From the human T2T-CHM13v2.0 reference genome, Homo sapiens, in the NCBI RefSeq assembly GCF_009914755.1, contig NC_060926.1: DNA of 64,000 nt; one strand, written 5' to 3'. Within the stretch, counting starts at the first letter, position 1. Each line of letters begins with the position of its first letter. The translations under genes and the position numbers were made by a program. The notes beneath the pieces are model-generated. The model saw only the letters and a list, made by a program, of their open reading frames with translations. It was not told the origin of the DNA and made no database searches. Positions 29,042-50,702 of this stretch are shown in pieces.

Positions 29042-30867
29042 CTATAAAAAATAAAAATAGAAAACTGAAATATTGAGGTAATATTCTCAAGAATGTAATA
29101 CAAAGAACAGTTTTGATAGGCATTTACAATATAGCTTATCTAATTTTAAGAAATAATTATAGATCCAAAACATTTCTGTAATAACTAGCATACTTGTATA
29201 CCTTTATCAAACCTAATTAAAAAGCATTATTTTGAAGACAGAAAGTCTGAATTTTAATTTCAAATTTGCCATTAATTATCTATAAGACCTTGAGTAGATT
29301 ACTTAAATTATCTGGAGCCTCACTTGCATTATTTGTAAAATTAAGTCCCTTCCAGACAAAAATTCTATGACTCTTTTGAAACATGTTACAGTGATTTTTC
29401 TTTCTCTCTCTCTCATACACAGACACACAAACACACAATCATTTTAAAAATACCCTCATTAAAATCGTAATATGCAGTATAAAACCAAGCTTAAATAATA
29501 AGTATCATAAGCTACAAAATTATTTTGGATGGGTTTCACATAACTGAAAAACTTATCTTTTTTAGAAAAGAACACAAAAAATGCTCTTACTGAATTTTTG
29601 GCAGAAAAACACATTAAAAGATTTTGTCAGAATCATTTTCAAATTGCTAAAATGGAGACTTTTCTTAGAAAGTAATAACTATTTTCATGTGTTTGCTGAC
29701 TACATTATGCTCTACCTTTCTTTGATACAAAGAATACTGTGATAAAATTCTCTTAGAATTATTTTAACTGAAGATGTGTCAGGACCCCCTACTCCACCAC
29801 AGCAGCTGACACTTTATCTCATACACTGGGCTTTCACATGTGAGTTTTGTTTTATGAGAAGGTTCTGCAGTGGGGGGGAAGAACTTGAAAAGGGCTAAGG
29901 GAGTATCTCTGGAAAGACACAAAAGAGACTGGTAGTACTTTGAGAAGGGGCACTTGATATCATGGAAATAGGGTGGGAAAGACTCTCTTTTTGTACCTTG
30001 GGAATTTTGAACCACAACCACCAAGATGACTGCCAAATTTTTGAAGCAGTCTATAGGCAGAATGGCTATGTGGGGAATCTCTACAGAGACAAATCTCCCA
30101 CAGACTTCAGGGCCAAGGAGATAGATACTCAGTAGACTCTCAGTTTAAAAAGTGACAAAGAAAAAGGCCAAATGACAAGAACAATGAGTTTATTAAACTT
30201 TAAGACAACCCTAAAATAGCTCAATCCCTGTCTGGTTGAAGGTAATTAGGTCCTTACCAATTTGTGCAACAGAGAAAAATGTGATCCCTACTGGGAACAC
30301 TGCATAGCACCTCTATGGTTCTTTCATATACAAAGTCTGGCACACAATTTAAAAATTACTAAAAATACAAAGGGATAAAAAAAGTGACCAATAATTAAGA
30401 GAAAACTAGACAAGAGAATCAGACTCACAGATAATTGTAAAATGAAGTTAACACACAAGGACAATTATTTAAAGTAATCCTGATTAATAGAAAATAGAAG
30501 GGGAAATGTACAAAACTGCTGAAGATGCAACATTTCACTAATGGATTAGGAACTACAAAAATAATTAAATAAGCACTCTAGAACCGAAAAATACAATATG
30601 TGAAATTAAGAACTCAATATAGAGCCCTCTCAGTGCAGCCGGCAGCACATCAGTCTCATAATCTGAAGAATTTAATATATTGGTCTTAGAGCAAATGAGA
30701 CACAGCAGAATACAGGATGAGTAAACTAGAAGACAAATCAATAAAAAAATACCCAAACTGAAGCATAAAGGGAAAAGAATGGAAGAGAGAGGAAGGGGAA
30801 AGGGAAAGTAGTGAAAGGAGGAGAGGGAGAGGTTTAAGAGAAATGTGATGCACACTCACAATGTCTA

Positions 30868-30893
30868 ATGTGTGTGTGTGTGTCACAGTTCTC

Positions 30894-30924
<31 letters not shown>

Positions 30925-30925
30925 T
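30868..30925. repeat. (TG)n ... (TA)n(CA)n microsatellites
   Basis: Directly visible. Confidence 0.9.
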
Positions 30926-31845
30926 ATAAAACAGAAGTCCTAGAAAAGTAGATAAATTGATAAATGCAATATTCTAAGAAAGAATAACTGGGAGTTTTCA
31001 AAAACTGATGACAGAAATCAATCTAGAAATTCAGAACGCTCTGCCAACACCAAGCAGGACATATTAAAAGAAAATTCTACCCAGGATGCCGTAAACTAGA
31101 GAAGGAAGGGAAGAAGTAAGGATGGAGAAAAAAATCATAAAAAAGCAGCCATAGGAAAAAAAAAAGAGTTGCTCTTCAAAAAACAGTAAGACTCACAAAT
31201 TTCTCAACAGAAACAACAGAAGCCAAAATATAATAGAATAACACTGTTAAAGGGCCAAAGAGAAAATAACTGCTAATCTAGAATACTATGCCCAGCAAAA
31301 CTATCCTTCAAAAATAAAGGTGAAATTTTAAAATTTGCAAAAAAAAAAAAAAAAAAAATCTCACCTTCAAGCCTGTACTAAAAGAAACTTAAAAGGAATT
31401 ATTCAGACAGAAGGAAATTATCCTAAATCATAAACATGGAAATGTAGGAAGAAATAAACAATATCATCCGCTCAGTTCTGGGGCATAAAAAATATATATA
31501 TCGGGGTAAACAGTATAAGGAAATGTTAATAGTGACAGTTCAAAACAGTAACTGAAATGCCTTATAAGGTTTAAAGGTTCTAAGATTTTAGCAGTTGTGT
31601 GACACTAGTAATAGTAATAGTTTGTATTATACTGTAAAAAGTTAAAGAAGGAAGTTGTAATTTCTAGGATAACCATTACAACAAAATTATATACATATAT
31701 CAAACAAGTTAGAAGGAAAATATAATATTTAATCTAAAAGCAGGCAAGAAATAGGAAAAAAAACCAGATGGGACAAATAGCAAATGACAGTAAGATTATA
31801 CATATAAACCCAACTATATTAATAATTATATTACAGTATATAGAC

Positions 31846-32072
31846 CAAGCTTGTCCAACTCACAGCCCAGGGAGGGCTTTGAATATGGCCCGACACAAAT
31901 TTGTAAACTTTCTTAAAACATGATGAGATTTTTTTTTTGCAATTTTTTTTGCAATTTTTTTTTTTTTTTAAGCTCATCAGCTATCATTCGTGTTAGTGTA
32001 TTTTATGTATGGCCCAAGACAATTCTTCTGCTTCCAGTATGACCCAGGGAAGCCAAAAGAGTAGATACCCCG
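31846..32072 (-). mobile_element. MER30 (hAT-Charlie MITE)
   Basis: CAAGCTTGTCCAAC...AGCTCATCAGCTATC...CCCAGGGAAGCCAAAAGA..ACCCC. Degenerate 8-bp TSD ATATAGAC / ATGTAGAA. Confidence 0.8.
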
Positions 32073-33328
32073 ATGTAGAAAAAATTCTTCTAGTAAAAGA
32101 CGAATTTTGTCAGACTGGATTAAACAAGAAGCACAGTCCTTAAAAAAGACACACTAATTTCAGAGAAAGATTTAGAATTTATGGCAAGGATGATTATTAG
32201 AGATTAAAGTAATATTAATGAAGGGATCAATCCAACAGGAAGGTACCACAATCATAAACTTATATGTACCCAGTAACCTCAAAATACATAAAGCAGCAGG
32301 GCATGGCGGCTCAAGCCTATGATTACAGCATTTTGGGAGGCTTGAGCTCAGGAGTTCAAGACCAGTCTGGGCAACATGGCGAAACCCATTATCTACAAAA
32401 CAAACAAACAAACAAACAAAAAAACAACAACCAGGGTGTGGTGGTGTGTGCCTGTAGTCCCAGCTACTTGGGAGGCTGGGAGGATCACTTGAGCCCAGGA
32501 GGTCAAGGCTGCAGTAGGCCATGATCATACCACTGCACTCCCACCTTGGCAACTGAGTAAGACTCTGTCTTAAAAAAAAAAAAAAAGAAAACAAAAACAT
32601 AAAGCAAAAATTTGCAGAATTAAAAGGAGAAAAAGATAAAGCCATAATAATAGTTGGAGACCCACATCTCTCTCAGCAAATTGACAGAAAAAGCAACCAA
32701 AAATCAGTAAGATCTGAATGGTGCAATTAACAACCAACCAAAATGACTAATACAGAACACTGTAACTAGCAACTACACAATTTGAATTCTTTTCTTTTTT
32801 CTTTTCTTTTTTTTTGAGACGGAGTCTCGCTCTATCGCCCAGGCTGGAGTGCACTGGCGCGATCTTGGCTCACTGCAACCTCCGCCTCCCGGGGTTCAAA
32901 AGATTCTCCTGCCTCAGCCCCCCGAGTAGCTGGGAATACAGGCGCGTGCCACCACCCCGGTTTTTTTTTTTTTTTAATTTTTAGTAGAGACGGGGTTTCA
33001 CCACGTTGGCCAGGGTGGTCTCGATCCTCTGACCTCGTGATCCACCCGCCTTGGCCTTCCAAAGTGCTGAGATTACAGGCGTAAGCCACCGCACCTGGCA
33101 AAAATTTGAATTCTTTTCAAAGACTCCCTGCATAGTCAGCCACAAGAGAAGTTTCAACATACTTCAAAAAAGATGATGGCATGCAAAGTATGGTTTCTAA
33201 CCACAACAAAAATAAGCTACAAATCATTAACAACAATAACAAAAATAATAAAGAAAAACCTAGAAAAACACCAACTACCTGGAAAATTAAAATTACATTT
33301 CTTTTTTATTTTTTAAATTTAAAATTAA

Positions 33329-33472
<144 letters not shown>

Positions 33473-33879
33473 TAGGTCAAAGAAGAAATCTCTACAAAAA
33501 ATAAAAAAAATAAGCTGGGTGTGGTGACACACACCTGTGGTCCCAGCTACTCAAGAGCCTGTGAGGTGGGAGGATTGCTTGAGCCCACGAGTTTAAGGCT
33601 GTAGTGAGCCATAACTGTGCCACAACACTCTAGCCTGGGCAACAGAGTGACACCCTGTCTCAAAAAAAAAAAAAATTCCCCCCAAAACAAACAAAAAAAA
33701 CCATGTCAGTATAAAACGGACACATTTCTTAAAAAATATAAATTAAATTACTAATGCTGAAAGAAACAGAATATCCAAATAGCCCCAAAGCAAATAAAGA
33801 AATGGAATGTATTATTAAAAATCTTTCCTTAAAGAAAATCTCAAGTAAAGATGGTTTCACTAGTGAATTCTTTCAATTA

Positions 33880-34092
<213 letters not shown>

Positions 34093-34162
34093 TTATAATA
34101 GCCAGACACAGTGGCTCATGTCTATAATCCCAGTACTTTGGGAGGCTGAGGCAGGCAGATCA

Positions 34163-34457
<295 letters not shown>

Positions 34458-35463
34458 TCACACACTAATTTCTCTTATGAACACAGAGGCAAAAATATCA
34501 ATGAATTAGCAAATTAAATCTAGTACTATATATAAAGAATACCATATATAAAAAGGAATTTACTCCAGGCATATAACGGCAGTTCAGGAGAAAATTCATG
34601 TGATCATCCAAATAGGTACAGGAAAAGCATGACACATTCAATATTCAGTTATGATATAACCTATTGAAAAATTCATAAAGAATATCCGTAAAAAGCCTAT
34701 AGCAAGTATCACAATGGTAAAATATTGAAAACTTTACCCTCTGAGGTTGAAAACAAGACAGAGATGACCATTATCACCACTTCTATTCAACATTGTACTG
34801 GAAGGCCTAGCTAGTACAGTAAAGCAAGAAAAACAAAAAGAATAAGGACTGGAAAGGAAGAAATGCTATTACTCACAGATGATATAATTATACACCAAGA
34901 AAACCCAAAAGACTCTATAGATTATTAAAATAAGTGAATTTATCTAAGTTTCTGAATATAAGGTTAATATACAAAAAATCAATTGTTTCTATAAACCAGC
35001 CACAAATTTTTAAAAATGCATCTTACAACAGCATTAAAAAATAAGACTAGAAATAAATCTAACAAAAGATGTATAAGACCTCTACAATGAAAACAAGAAA
35101 ACATTTTCGAGAGAAAATAAAGATGGTGTAAATAAAGCGGAGGATATACCATGTTCATGAGTTGGGAAGACTCATAAAGATGTCAGTTCTCCCTCAATTA
35201 ATCACTACCTTGGTATTAAGCATATGTATTGCCTAATCTGTCATTGTGTGGGGTGGGGGCAGGAAAACTGTAAGGTCCTGGCACAAAAACCAGCCCAAAA
35301 CTGAGATTGTACCAAGACCATAGAGAACACCCCAATCCTCAATCATGAGCCTAATACTAAGGAAGGAGAAAAGTGTGAGGAGAGAAGGGCCTTCTATTTC
35401 TCAACAAGATGGAGTGACAGAAAGTGAATTTACCTTCTTGCCTGAATTTAAGACATGGAAGAG

Positions 35464-40187
<4,724 letters not shown>

Positions 40188-40291
40188 TCAAAGCGTCTGT
40201 GGTAGATGATAAAGTAGCTGTATAAAGCTACCAGTAGGCCCTGCTAGAAGAATCACAACACAGACCACCAGGCACTTAAGTCCATCTAAAG

Positions 40292-40482
40292 CAGGATTTC
40301 TTAACCTTGGCACTATTGGCATTTTGGTCACCCTTGACATTGTGAAAGGCTGTCTTTTACATGGTAGGATGTTTAGCAGCATCCCTGCCCTCTTCCTATT
40401 ACATGCCAATAGCAATGCCCTGAATTGGACCAACAAAATGTCTCTAAACATTGTCAAGTGTGCCCCTGCATGAGAACTACTG
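40292..40482 (-). mobile_element. MER20-type hAT DNA transposon fossil
   Basis: CAGGATTTCTTAACCTTGGCACTATTGGCATTTTGG...GTAGGATGTTTAGCAGCATCCCTG...TGAGAACTACTG. Confidence 0.75.
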
Positions 40483-41991
40483 CTTCTGAAGAGAGCTATG
40501 CCCTCTCTGCAGATGATTGCTCTTCTTTTGAGAAATAGCTCCTTGCTTGGCTTTTGAGCACCAGCAGAGACTGACCATGTGACCTGACATACTTTCAAGA
40601 AGTGAGTGTTCCGATCCTCCAAGCCATAAAGCTATATGTGCTGGCAGCATTCCATGATGAAATGGAAGTGATAGTGTGTCAGATATGAACTTTCAAGGGA
40701 ACAAGGGAGGACTATATTTGTCTATCCTCTTTAAGTCAAATGTGACCTTATGACTTTCTTTGACCAAAGAGCAGAAATCATTTCTGTAGAAACATTTATG
40801 TGCCAGTATGCAATTCTCCAGCCTGTTCTTCTCGTCACTATGATAATAGAAGCAGAGATAAATATAGATATGCAATGCTGACCCATCAAATGAAGAACAG
40901 CTGCCTGGAATCACCCAGCTTGCACCAGATTTTACATGAGAGGAAACAAATCTCTCTTTTTCAAATTTTAAGCCTTTATTTGAAGGTTGGTTGTTACCAC
41001 TACATAACCAAGTAATCCTGACTACAATGGTTGTAATGAGGTTAGAGCAGGCTCCAAAAGCACAAATAAGCTAGAAGAACAAATGGCTGAGACACCCATG
41101 GCACTTACTTCTACTAATCAACTCTTCCTTAATCTATGGCCTTGTAGAGTTCCCTAAGATCAAAGGAAAGAAGGAAAAAAAAAAACTTAGGCCTGGTTTA
41201 TACATGGTTGCATACAGTCTGCTGGCATTGACCTTACAGAGAAGTAGCCCTACAGGACAGGAGAAAGGGAACTCCCAGTAGGCAAAACTTCAAACAGTAT
41301 CTCGTTGTTCACTATACCTGAAGAGACCAAAGATATGGATCTATCGGTTTGGCTAAATGGCCTTTGTAACCAGTATTTGCTCAACAGGCACGTGAACAAA
41401 ATGGTCTTGTCAGCAAGAATAGAAATTATACCCTGGCTCAACACAGACTTCCCCTCACCAATGCTGATCTACAATTTCACAATATGCCAGGCTGTCTCAC
41501 ACCTCACACATTTTCTTATGCTACATTCCTCTCTGGAATGCCTTTCAACTACCCTCTATCCTAACTACCCTCCCCTTCTTCCAACACTCAGACCAACAGT
41601 TGCCTCCTCTATGAATCTTTTCCATAGCATACAACCCTGCATCAATTCAAAGCCCTCTCCTTCCTCTTCACACAGAAGTTCTCAACATAGCGTCCACAGA
41701 CCCCCAGGGATCTATAATAAAACTCATAAACTTTGATAAGAAGAAAATTGTATCACTTTTTACCAATCTCTAACTAACATTTATAATGTCATTAGATTGT
41801 GAGTATAGGCAAAACAATAAAACAACCAGCCATAATATTTTTGTGATTTGGTCACCAATAGAAATCACAGGTATTAGGCCCAGCACAGCGGCTCACGCCT
41901 GTAATCCCAGCACTTTGGGAAGCCAAGGCGGGTGGATCGCTTGAGGTCAGGAGACCAGCCTGGCCAACATGGTGAAACCCCGTCTCTACTA

Positions 41992-42189
<198 letters not shown>

Positions 42190-42294
42190 TTACATTTGTT
42201 TCTTATCACTATGTCATGACACTTTTCTCTGGTCAGAGAGCTTCCATTCTACCCTGGATAAAAATGTTTCCAATCTCATCTCCATATATTTAGC

Positions 42295-42747
42295 TAAACA
42301 TTTTTCTGGGTGTTTCCATATGAGATTAACATTTAAATCTATAGACTGAGTAAAGCAGACTGCCTTTCCTAATGTGGTGGATGTCATTTAATCAGTGGAA
42401 AGCCTGAACAGACAAAAAGGCTAAGCCTCCCCCAAGTAGAGAGTCAGTTCCTCCTGCCTAAGGACATTGGCTTTCTCCAGCCTTCAAACTCAAACTGAAA
42501 CATTAGCTCTTCAGAGTCTCAAGCCTGAGTGACTGCTACTATGTTATCTCTGGTTCTCAGGACTTTGGACTGTGTCTGACTGGAACTATACAGTCAGGTC
42601 TCCTGAGTCTCCAGCTTGCCAACTACCCTGCAGATCTCGGGACTTGTCAGCCTCCTAAATTGTGTAAGCCAATTCCTATAATAAACCTTATAATAAATCA
42701 CACACAACCTTATTGGTTCTGTTTCTCTGGAAAACCCTGATGAATAT
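42295..42747 (+). mobile_element. MLT2 (ERVL) solo LTR
   Basis: GAGATTAACATTTAAATC..AGACTGAGTAAAGCAGA.TGCC and terminal TATTGGTTCTGTTTCTCTGGAAAACCCTGA. Confidence 0.75.
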
Positions 42748-43759
42748 AGTTCCTGACTTGTTCAGAATGACCTAAGGATATATGCAGAATCCATCTCTTA
42801 TACCTCTCAGAACAGGAATCCAAGTTATAGATGGGAATGCCTGGCCCTGGTATCAGGCATTCCATTACCATGTCTTCTTCAGTAGAACAGGGGCATATAA
42901 GTGAGATTGGTGGCTAGGCAGATACCCAACCAAAGAGCAAATGTAAATCTCTCTTCTTAATGACAGAGAGTGACTCTTTCAGGACCTCCTTATCTTGACT
43001 TTTGGGAAGGAAAAAACCCTTTCCTTTCCCCTCACAGAGCAGGGAATAGTTTCTTTCCATTAATACTCCCCTTCCAAAGAAGGCCTCTCCCCTTCTCCCT
43101 CTTAAGCCTCATAAATTGATGGGGTGGGCAGAATCATAGTCACAACAGCCCATAGTACTCAACATCTTATGTTGTCAAAGACCTGTGTGCAGGTTGAAGA
43201 GCCCTCTTATTGACTGGGTGCAGTGGCTCATGCCTGTAATCCTCGCACTTTGGGAGGCCGAGGCGGGTGGATCACCTGAGGTCAAAAGTTGAAGACCAGC
43301 CTGGCCAACATGGTGAAACCCCGTCTCTACTAAAAATACAAAAATTAGCCAGCGTAGTGGCACATGCCTGTAATCCCAGCTACTTGGGAGGCTGAGGTGG
43401 AGAATCACTTGAACCCGGGAGGCGGAGGTTGCAGTGAGCCGAGATTGCGCCACTGCTCTCCAGCCTAGGCAACAACAGCAAAACTCTGTCTAAAAAAAAA
43501 GCGGGGGGGGGGGGGGGTTCTTCTTACTAAACCACAACTTTTCTGGGGCAGGGAGTATGCCTCACTTGCATTTGCATTTCCGGTTCTTAACAGGACCTAG
43601 TACATAGTTAGCACTTAATTCATGTCTATTGAATGAAGAGCTTAACAGCACTACTAGGCGGTCAGCAGCAGATACAGTATAGAAGATAAGGAGCAAGTAT
43701 GTCAAAGATTACTAGTTTCCATCCAATATAGATCCTTACTCCACTCTCACTAATCTAGT

Positions 43760-44180
43760 TTGTATGACCAGCTAAAAGCCATTTCTGAACCTTACCTGTA
43801 GCTAAGTATAGCCAAATGACTATGTTTCAGTCAATGAGATCAGAAGAAGTGTTGTGTAGGAAATTCTAGAGAGGTTTTTTTAAAAGATGAGAGATATAGC
43901 CCTTTTGTCTATGCCTTTCTTCCTCCTTTCTTCTGCCTAGAACATAAATGTGATGGCTGGAGGTCCAGCAACCATTAGGTAATCTTGAAAGTAGAAGACA
44001 CATGCTAAAGATGGCGAAAGAAGAAGACAGAAGCAGCCTGTGCCCTTGACAACTCCACAGAGTTGCCATATAGGCCCTAGATCTCCTACGTCTGAATTTT
44101 TTTTACCAAATTAACTACTTTAAGCAATGGTTATTTCTTATCTCTGTTTCCGGCAGCCAAACACAATTCCTAACTGATAA
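43760..44180 (+). mobile_element. MLT1 (MaLR) LTR fossil
   Basis: GTGATGGCTGGAGGTCCAGCAACCAT and terminal GCAGCCAAACACAATTCCTAACTGATA. Confidence 0.6.
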
Positions 44181-44570
44181 AGCAAAAAAGAGACTCCAGC
44201 AACAAATTTGTATTCTAAAACACCAACAGCCATCTCAGCTATGCCTCAACTTAATGTTCATAAAGTATAAGATATTTCTACTGAAATGGGAGGGGTAGAG
44301 TAGGAAGCAAGACTGAAAAAAGAGATTCTACTCTTGGAGAGTACAACATATGGATGGATGTTTAGAGTACTTTAGTACACTAACAAATTTCATACTACAG
44401 TACTGTAATTTTTTGCCAACAGTTGGTAGTTATGTTCTAAAAAGGCAATGTGGCTTACAAAACTGTAACTGGAAAAGCCAAATTACATGAAAATAATGGG
44501 TTAAGAAAATAAATAGTTTATCAAAAAAAAAAAGGAACATTTTAATGGAAGATGTTCAACTAGCTGTTTA

Positions 44571-44693
<123 letters not shown>

Positions 44694-44721
44694 CTAACAT
44701 AGTGAAACCCTGTCTCTACTA

Positions 44722-44916
<195 letters not shown>

Positions 44917-45203
44917 TTAACCTCCTTCAAGTTTTAAAAAAACACTGCTGTAGCACAACAATCATAATCAATTAAGGCTGATTTTCCTGCATATTATACA
45001 GACTTTTCTATTTATACTTCATAAATACTTTGAACCAGTTCTTCCTGGCTGCCACTTGAAGTCTTTCATACTTATAGTTTTTTTTTTTTTATTTTTATTG
45101 AATAAGAAAATTTTTAAATTTTTAAATTTAAAATTTAATTCAGAAAAATCTTTTCACAAATTATTTTACTGACTGTCATTTTTTAGACTGTTTTTCATTC
45201 TTA

Positions 45204-45619
<416 letters not shown>

Positions 45620-45910
45620 CTATCTTTAATAAAAGATCAACTGGCAAAACTGGTGGGAGGAAATTACTATATTATAATAGAAATCTGGCCAGACATGGTG
45701 GCTCCAGCCTGTAATCCTGGCACTTTGGGAGGCTGAAAAGGGTGGATCACTTGAGGTCAGGAATTCAAGACCAGCCTGGCCAACATATCCTGTCTCTATT
45801 AAAAATACAAAAATGAGGCCGGGCGCGGTGGCTCACACCTGTAATCCCAGCACTTTGGGAGGCCGAGGCAGGCAGATCACAAGGTCAGGAGATCGAGAGC
45901 ATCCTGGCTA

Positions 45911-46180
<270 letters not shown>

Positions 46181-46439
46181 TCATTTGAGTTCAGGAGGTT
46201 GAGGCTGCAGTGAGCTATAATCGCACCACTGCACTCCAGCCTGGGCAACAGAGTGAGACCCTGTCTCCAAAAATAATAATAATTATTAAATATATTAATT
46301 AGATTTATATATATAATATATATAAACATATATATACGGCAACTGTTGAAATGGTCCTAGTGAGAGGCCTACTGAGAGGTTAGAGGCCTGAACAACTACT
46401 ACTGCTGCTGCTGCTGCTATTACTATTAATAGCAGCTAA

Positions 46440-48210
<1,771 letters not shown>

Positions 48211-48254
48211 AAAAATCTTCTGTGTATCTGCTCATTTAATCCTAACAATTCTTC

Positions 48255-48930
48255 TTAAAAACTTTTAATTTTGAAATTATAGACTCACAGGAAGTTGCAA
48301 AAAAAACTGCCAACAGGTCTCATGTACCCTTTGCCCATTTTCCCTCAATGGGAACACCTTGAATAACTACAGTAAAATATCAAGACCAGGAAATTGACAT
48401 TGCTACAGTCTACAAAGTTTACTCAGATCTAACCAGTTTTACAAGCACTCATGTATACGTGTGTGTATAGCTCTATGCAATTTTATCACATAGGTAGACT
48501 CATGTAATTACCATCACAATCAAGATACAGAACTGTTCTGTCACCAAGACACTCTTGTAGTCCCACCCACTCCCCTCTCCTTGATACCTAAACCATGGCA
48601 ACCACGAATCTGTTCTCTATCTCTTTATTTTTAGTATTTCAAGAATGTTATATAAATGGAATCATGGAATATGCAATTTTGAGATTTTTTTCACTTGAGA
48701 CCCATTCAAGTTGTTACATTTTATTAACAGTCCATTCCTTTTTATTGCTGCATAGCAGTCCATGATATAGATGCACTATAGTCTATTTAACCTGTTGAAG
48801 AACATTTAGGTTTCCAGTTTTTGGCTATTAGGAATAAAGATGCTATGAGAATTCACACAGGTTTTTATATGAATGTAAGTTTCAGTTTCTCTGGAACAAA
48901 TGCCCAAGACTGCAATTGTTGGCTTGTATA
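48255..48930 (-). mobile_element. Old L1M 3'-end fragment inside a MIR remnant (MIR pieces ~46430-46465, ~48222-48250, ~48930-49015)
   Basis: GGCAACCACGAATCTGTTCTCTATCTCT, AAGAATGTTATATAAATGGAATCAT and TTTCCAGTTTTTGGCTATTA are typical L1M 3'-end motifs. Confidence 0.65.
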
Positions 48931-50121
48931 ACTCTATTTCTAAAGATAAGGACACTGAGATGTAAATAGCGGAGCTAGGATTCTAATCTAGATAGTTGCC
49001 TCTAGGCCCTAATTCTTCATAATATTTCTAGCAGCTACAGAAATTGAGAGAAGTAAATGGAATCAAAGAAAGAGTAAGAAGGTAAAGTCAACAGAACCTA
49101 GCATTGCTCAGATGAAGCGTAAGGGTTAAAGATAGATAACATCAGGGTTCCAGCTCCAGCAGGTTAGAAAGATGACAAAAGGGAAAACATGAATTCACTT
49201 TTAAACATATTATAGTTGAAGGACCTGTAGCTCATCTTCATCTAGCAGGCAATTACATGTATAGAATAGGAACTAAAGTTAAAGGGAAAGCTCTGGATTA
49301 GAGACACAGATTGAGAACCATCATATTTGGATGCTAATTAAATAAAAAAATCACAGAGTAACAAAGCATAAAATGAGAGAAGATTCAGAACCTTAAGGAA
49401 CAGAAACATTTGAGTCTTAAGTTTTATATTCATTTCCCCTAGTATTTTCCATAAATAGCAGATACTGTAAAATACTGCAAATTCAAATTAACTTTAGATT
49501 TTATAAAAGCCCTTCATGTTTTCTTTTCTTTTTTTTTTTTCTTTGGAGACAGAGTCTCACTTCATCGCCCAGGCTGGAGTGCACACAATCTTGGCTCACT
49601 GCAACCTCCACTTCCTAGGTTCAAGCAATTTTCCTGCCTCAGCCATTCCAGTAGCTAGCACTACAGGTGTGCACCACCGTGCCCAGCTAACTTTTGTATT
49701 TTTAGTAGAGACAGGGTTTCACCATGTTGGCCAGGCTGGTCTCGAAATCCTGACCTCAAGTGATCTGCTCACCTCGGCCTCCCGAGATGCTGGGATTACA
49801 GGCGTGAGCCACTGTGCCCAGCCACTATGTTTTCTATTTGAGTCTTACAGTCACCCTATAATGTAGAAAGGACAGTAGTATACTCTCTCCCATCCCCACA
49901 CCTTTTTTCATTTAAAAAGTATAAACTAATAAATAAATAAAGAACGAATACACAGATTAAAAAGCCCCAATACAAAAGAATATGGAAAAATTATAACTTT
50001 CAGTACCTGCTCAGTATCTAACTTGCCTCTCTCATCCATTTTATATATAATATGGAAAGGAATTTAAGGAGGTTAATTGGCAAGTCTTAGTAGCTAACAA
50101 GTCTATATTAATTAAGAATCA

Positions 50122-50702
50122 GGGAGACTGTTTTCACAAGATAGTGCCGAAGGCGAAAAAGGAAGCTCCTACCCATCTTAAAGCAGAAGCCAAAGCAAAG
50201 GCTTTGAAGGCCAAGAAAGCAGTGCTGAAAGGCTGAAAGTAGTCATAAAATATGGTAAGTGGCATCAAACACATACACAAAAAAAGAAGATCCGCAAGTC
50301 ACCCACGTCCCGGTGGCCCAAGGCACTGCAGCCCCATAGGCAGCCCAAATATCCTTGTAAGATAGCAGGATACAAGGAGAAAGAAGCTTGACCACTATAC
50401 CATCATCAAGTTCCTGCTGACCAGAGTTCACCATGAAGAAGATAGAAGACAACATATTTGTGTTCATTGTGGATGTTAAAGCCAACAAGCACCAGGTCAA
50501 ATAGGCTACAAAGAAGCTCCATAACATTGATGAGCCAAGATCAAGACCCTGATCAGACCTGATGAAGAGAAGAAGGCTTATGTTTGACTGGCTCCTGATT
50601 ATGATGCTTTGGAGGTTGTCAACAAAATTGGGATCATCTAAACTGAGTTCGGCTGGCTAATTCTAAGTATATATATTAGTATCTTCTCACCAGAAAAAAA
50701 AA
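50122..50702 (+). pseudogene. RPL23AP30: RPL23A processed pseudogene; probably RPL23AP30
   Basis: Start codon decayed to ATA (50141-50143). Recognisable KAEAKAKALKAKKAVLKG, MKKIEDN and LAPDYDALEVVNKIGII* segments with frameshifts. A-tail present; TSD AAGAATCA at 50114-50121 and 50703-50710. The pseudogene number is from memory. Confidence 0.92.

Noticed and set aside
40188-41736. 143-144 aa ORFs at 40188-40622 and 41305-41736
   Set aside because: They overlap MER20 and decayed LTR/ERVL-like sequence, with no coherent protein motif or splice support.
46394-46425. (ACT)n(GCT)n triplet run as an expansion-type CTG repeat
   Set aside because: Only about six CTG units, within a decayed MIR tail.
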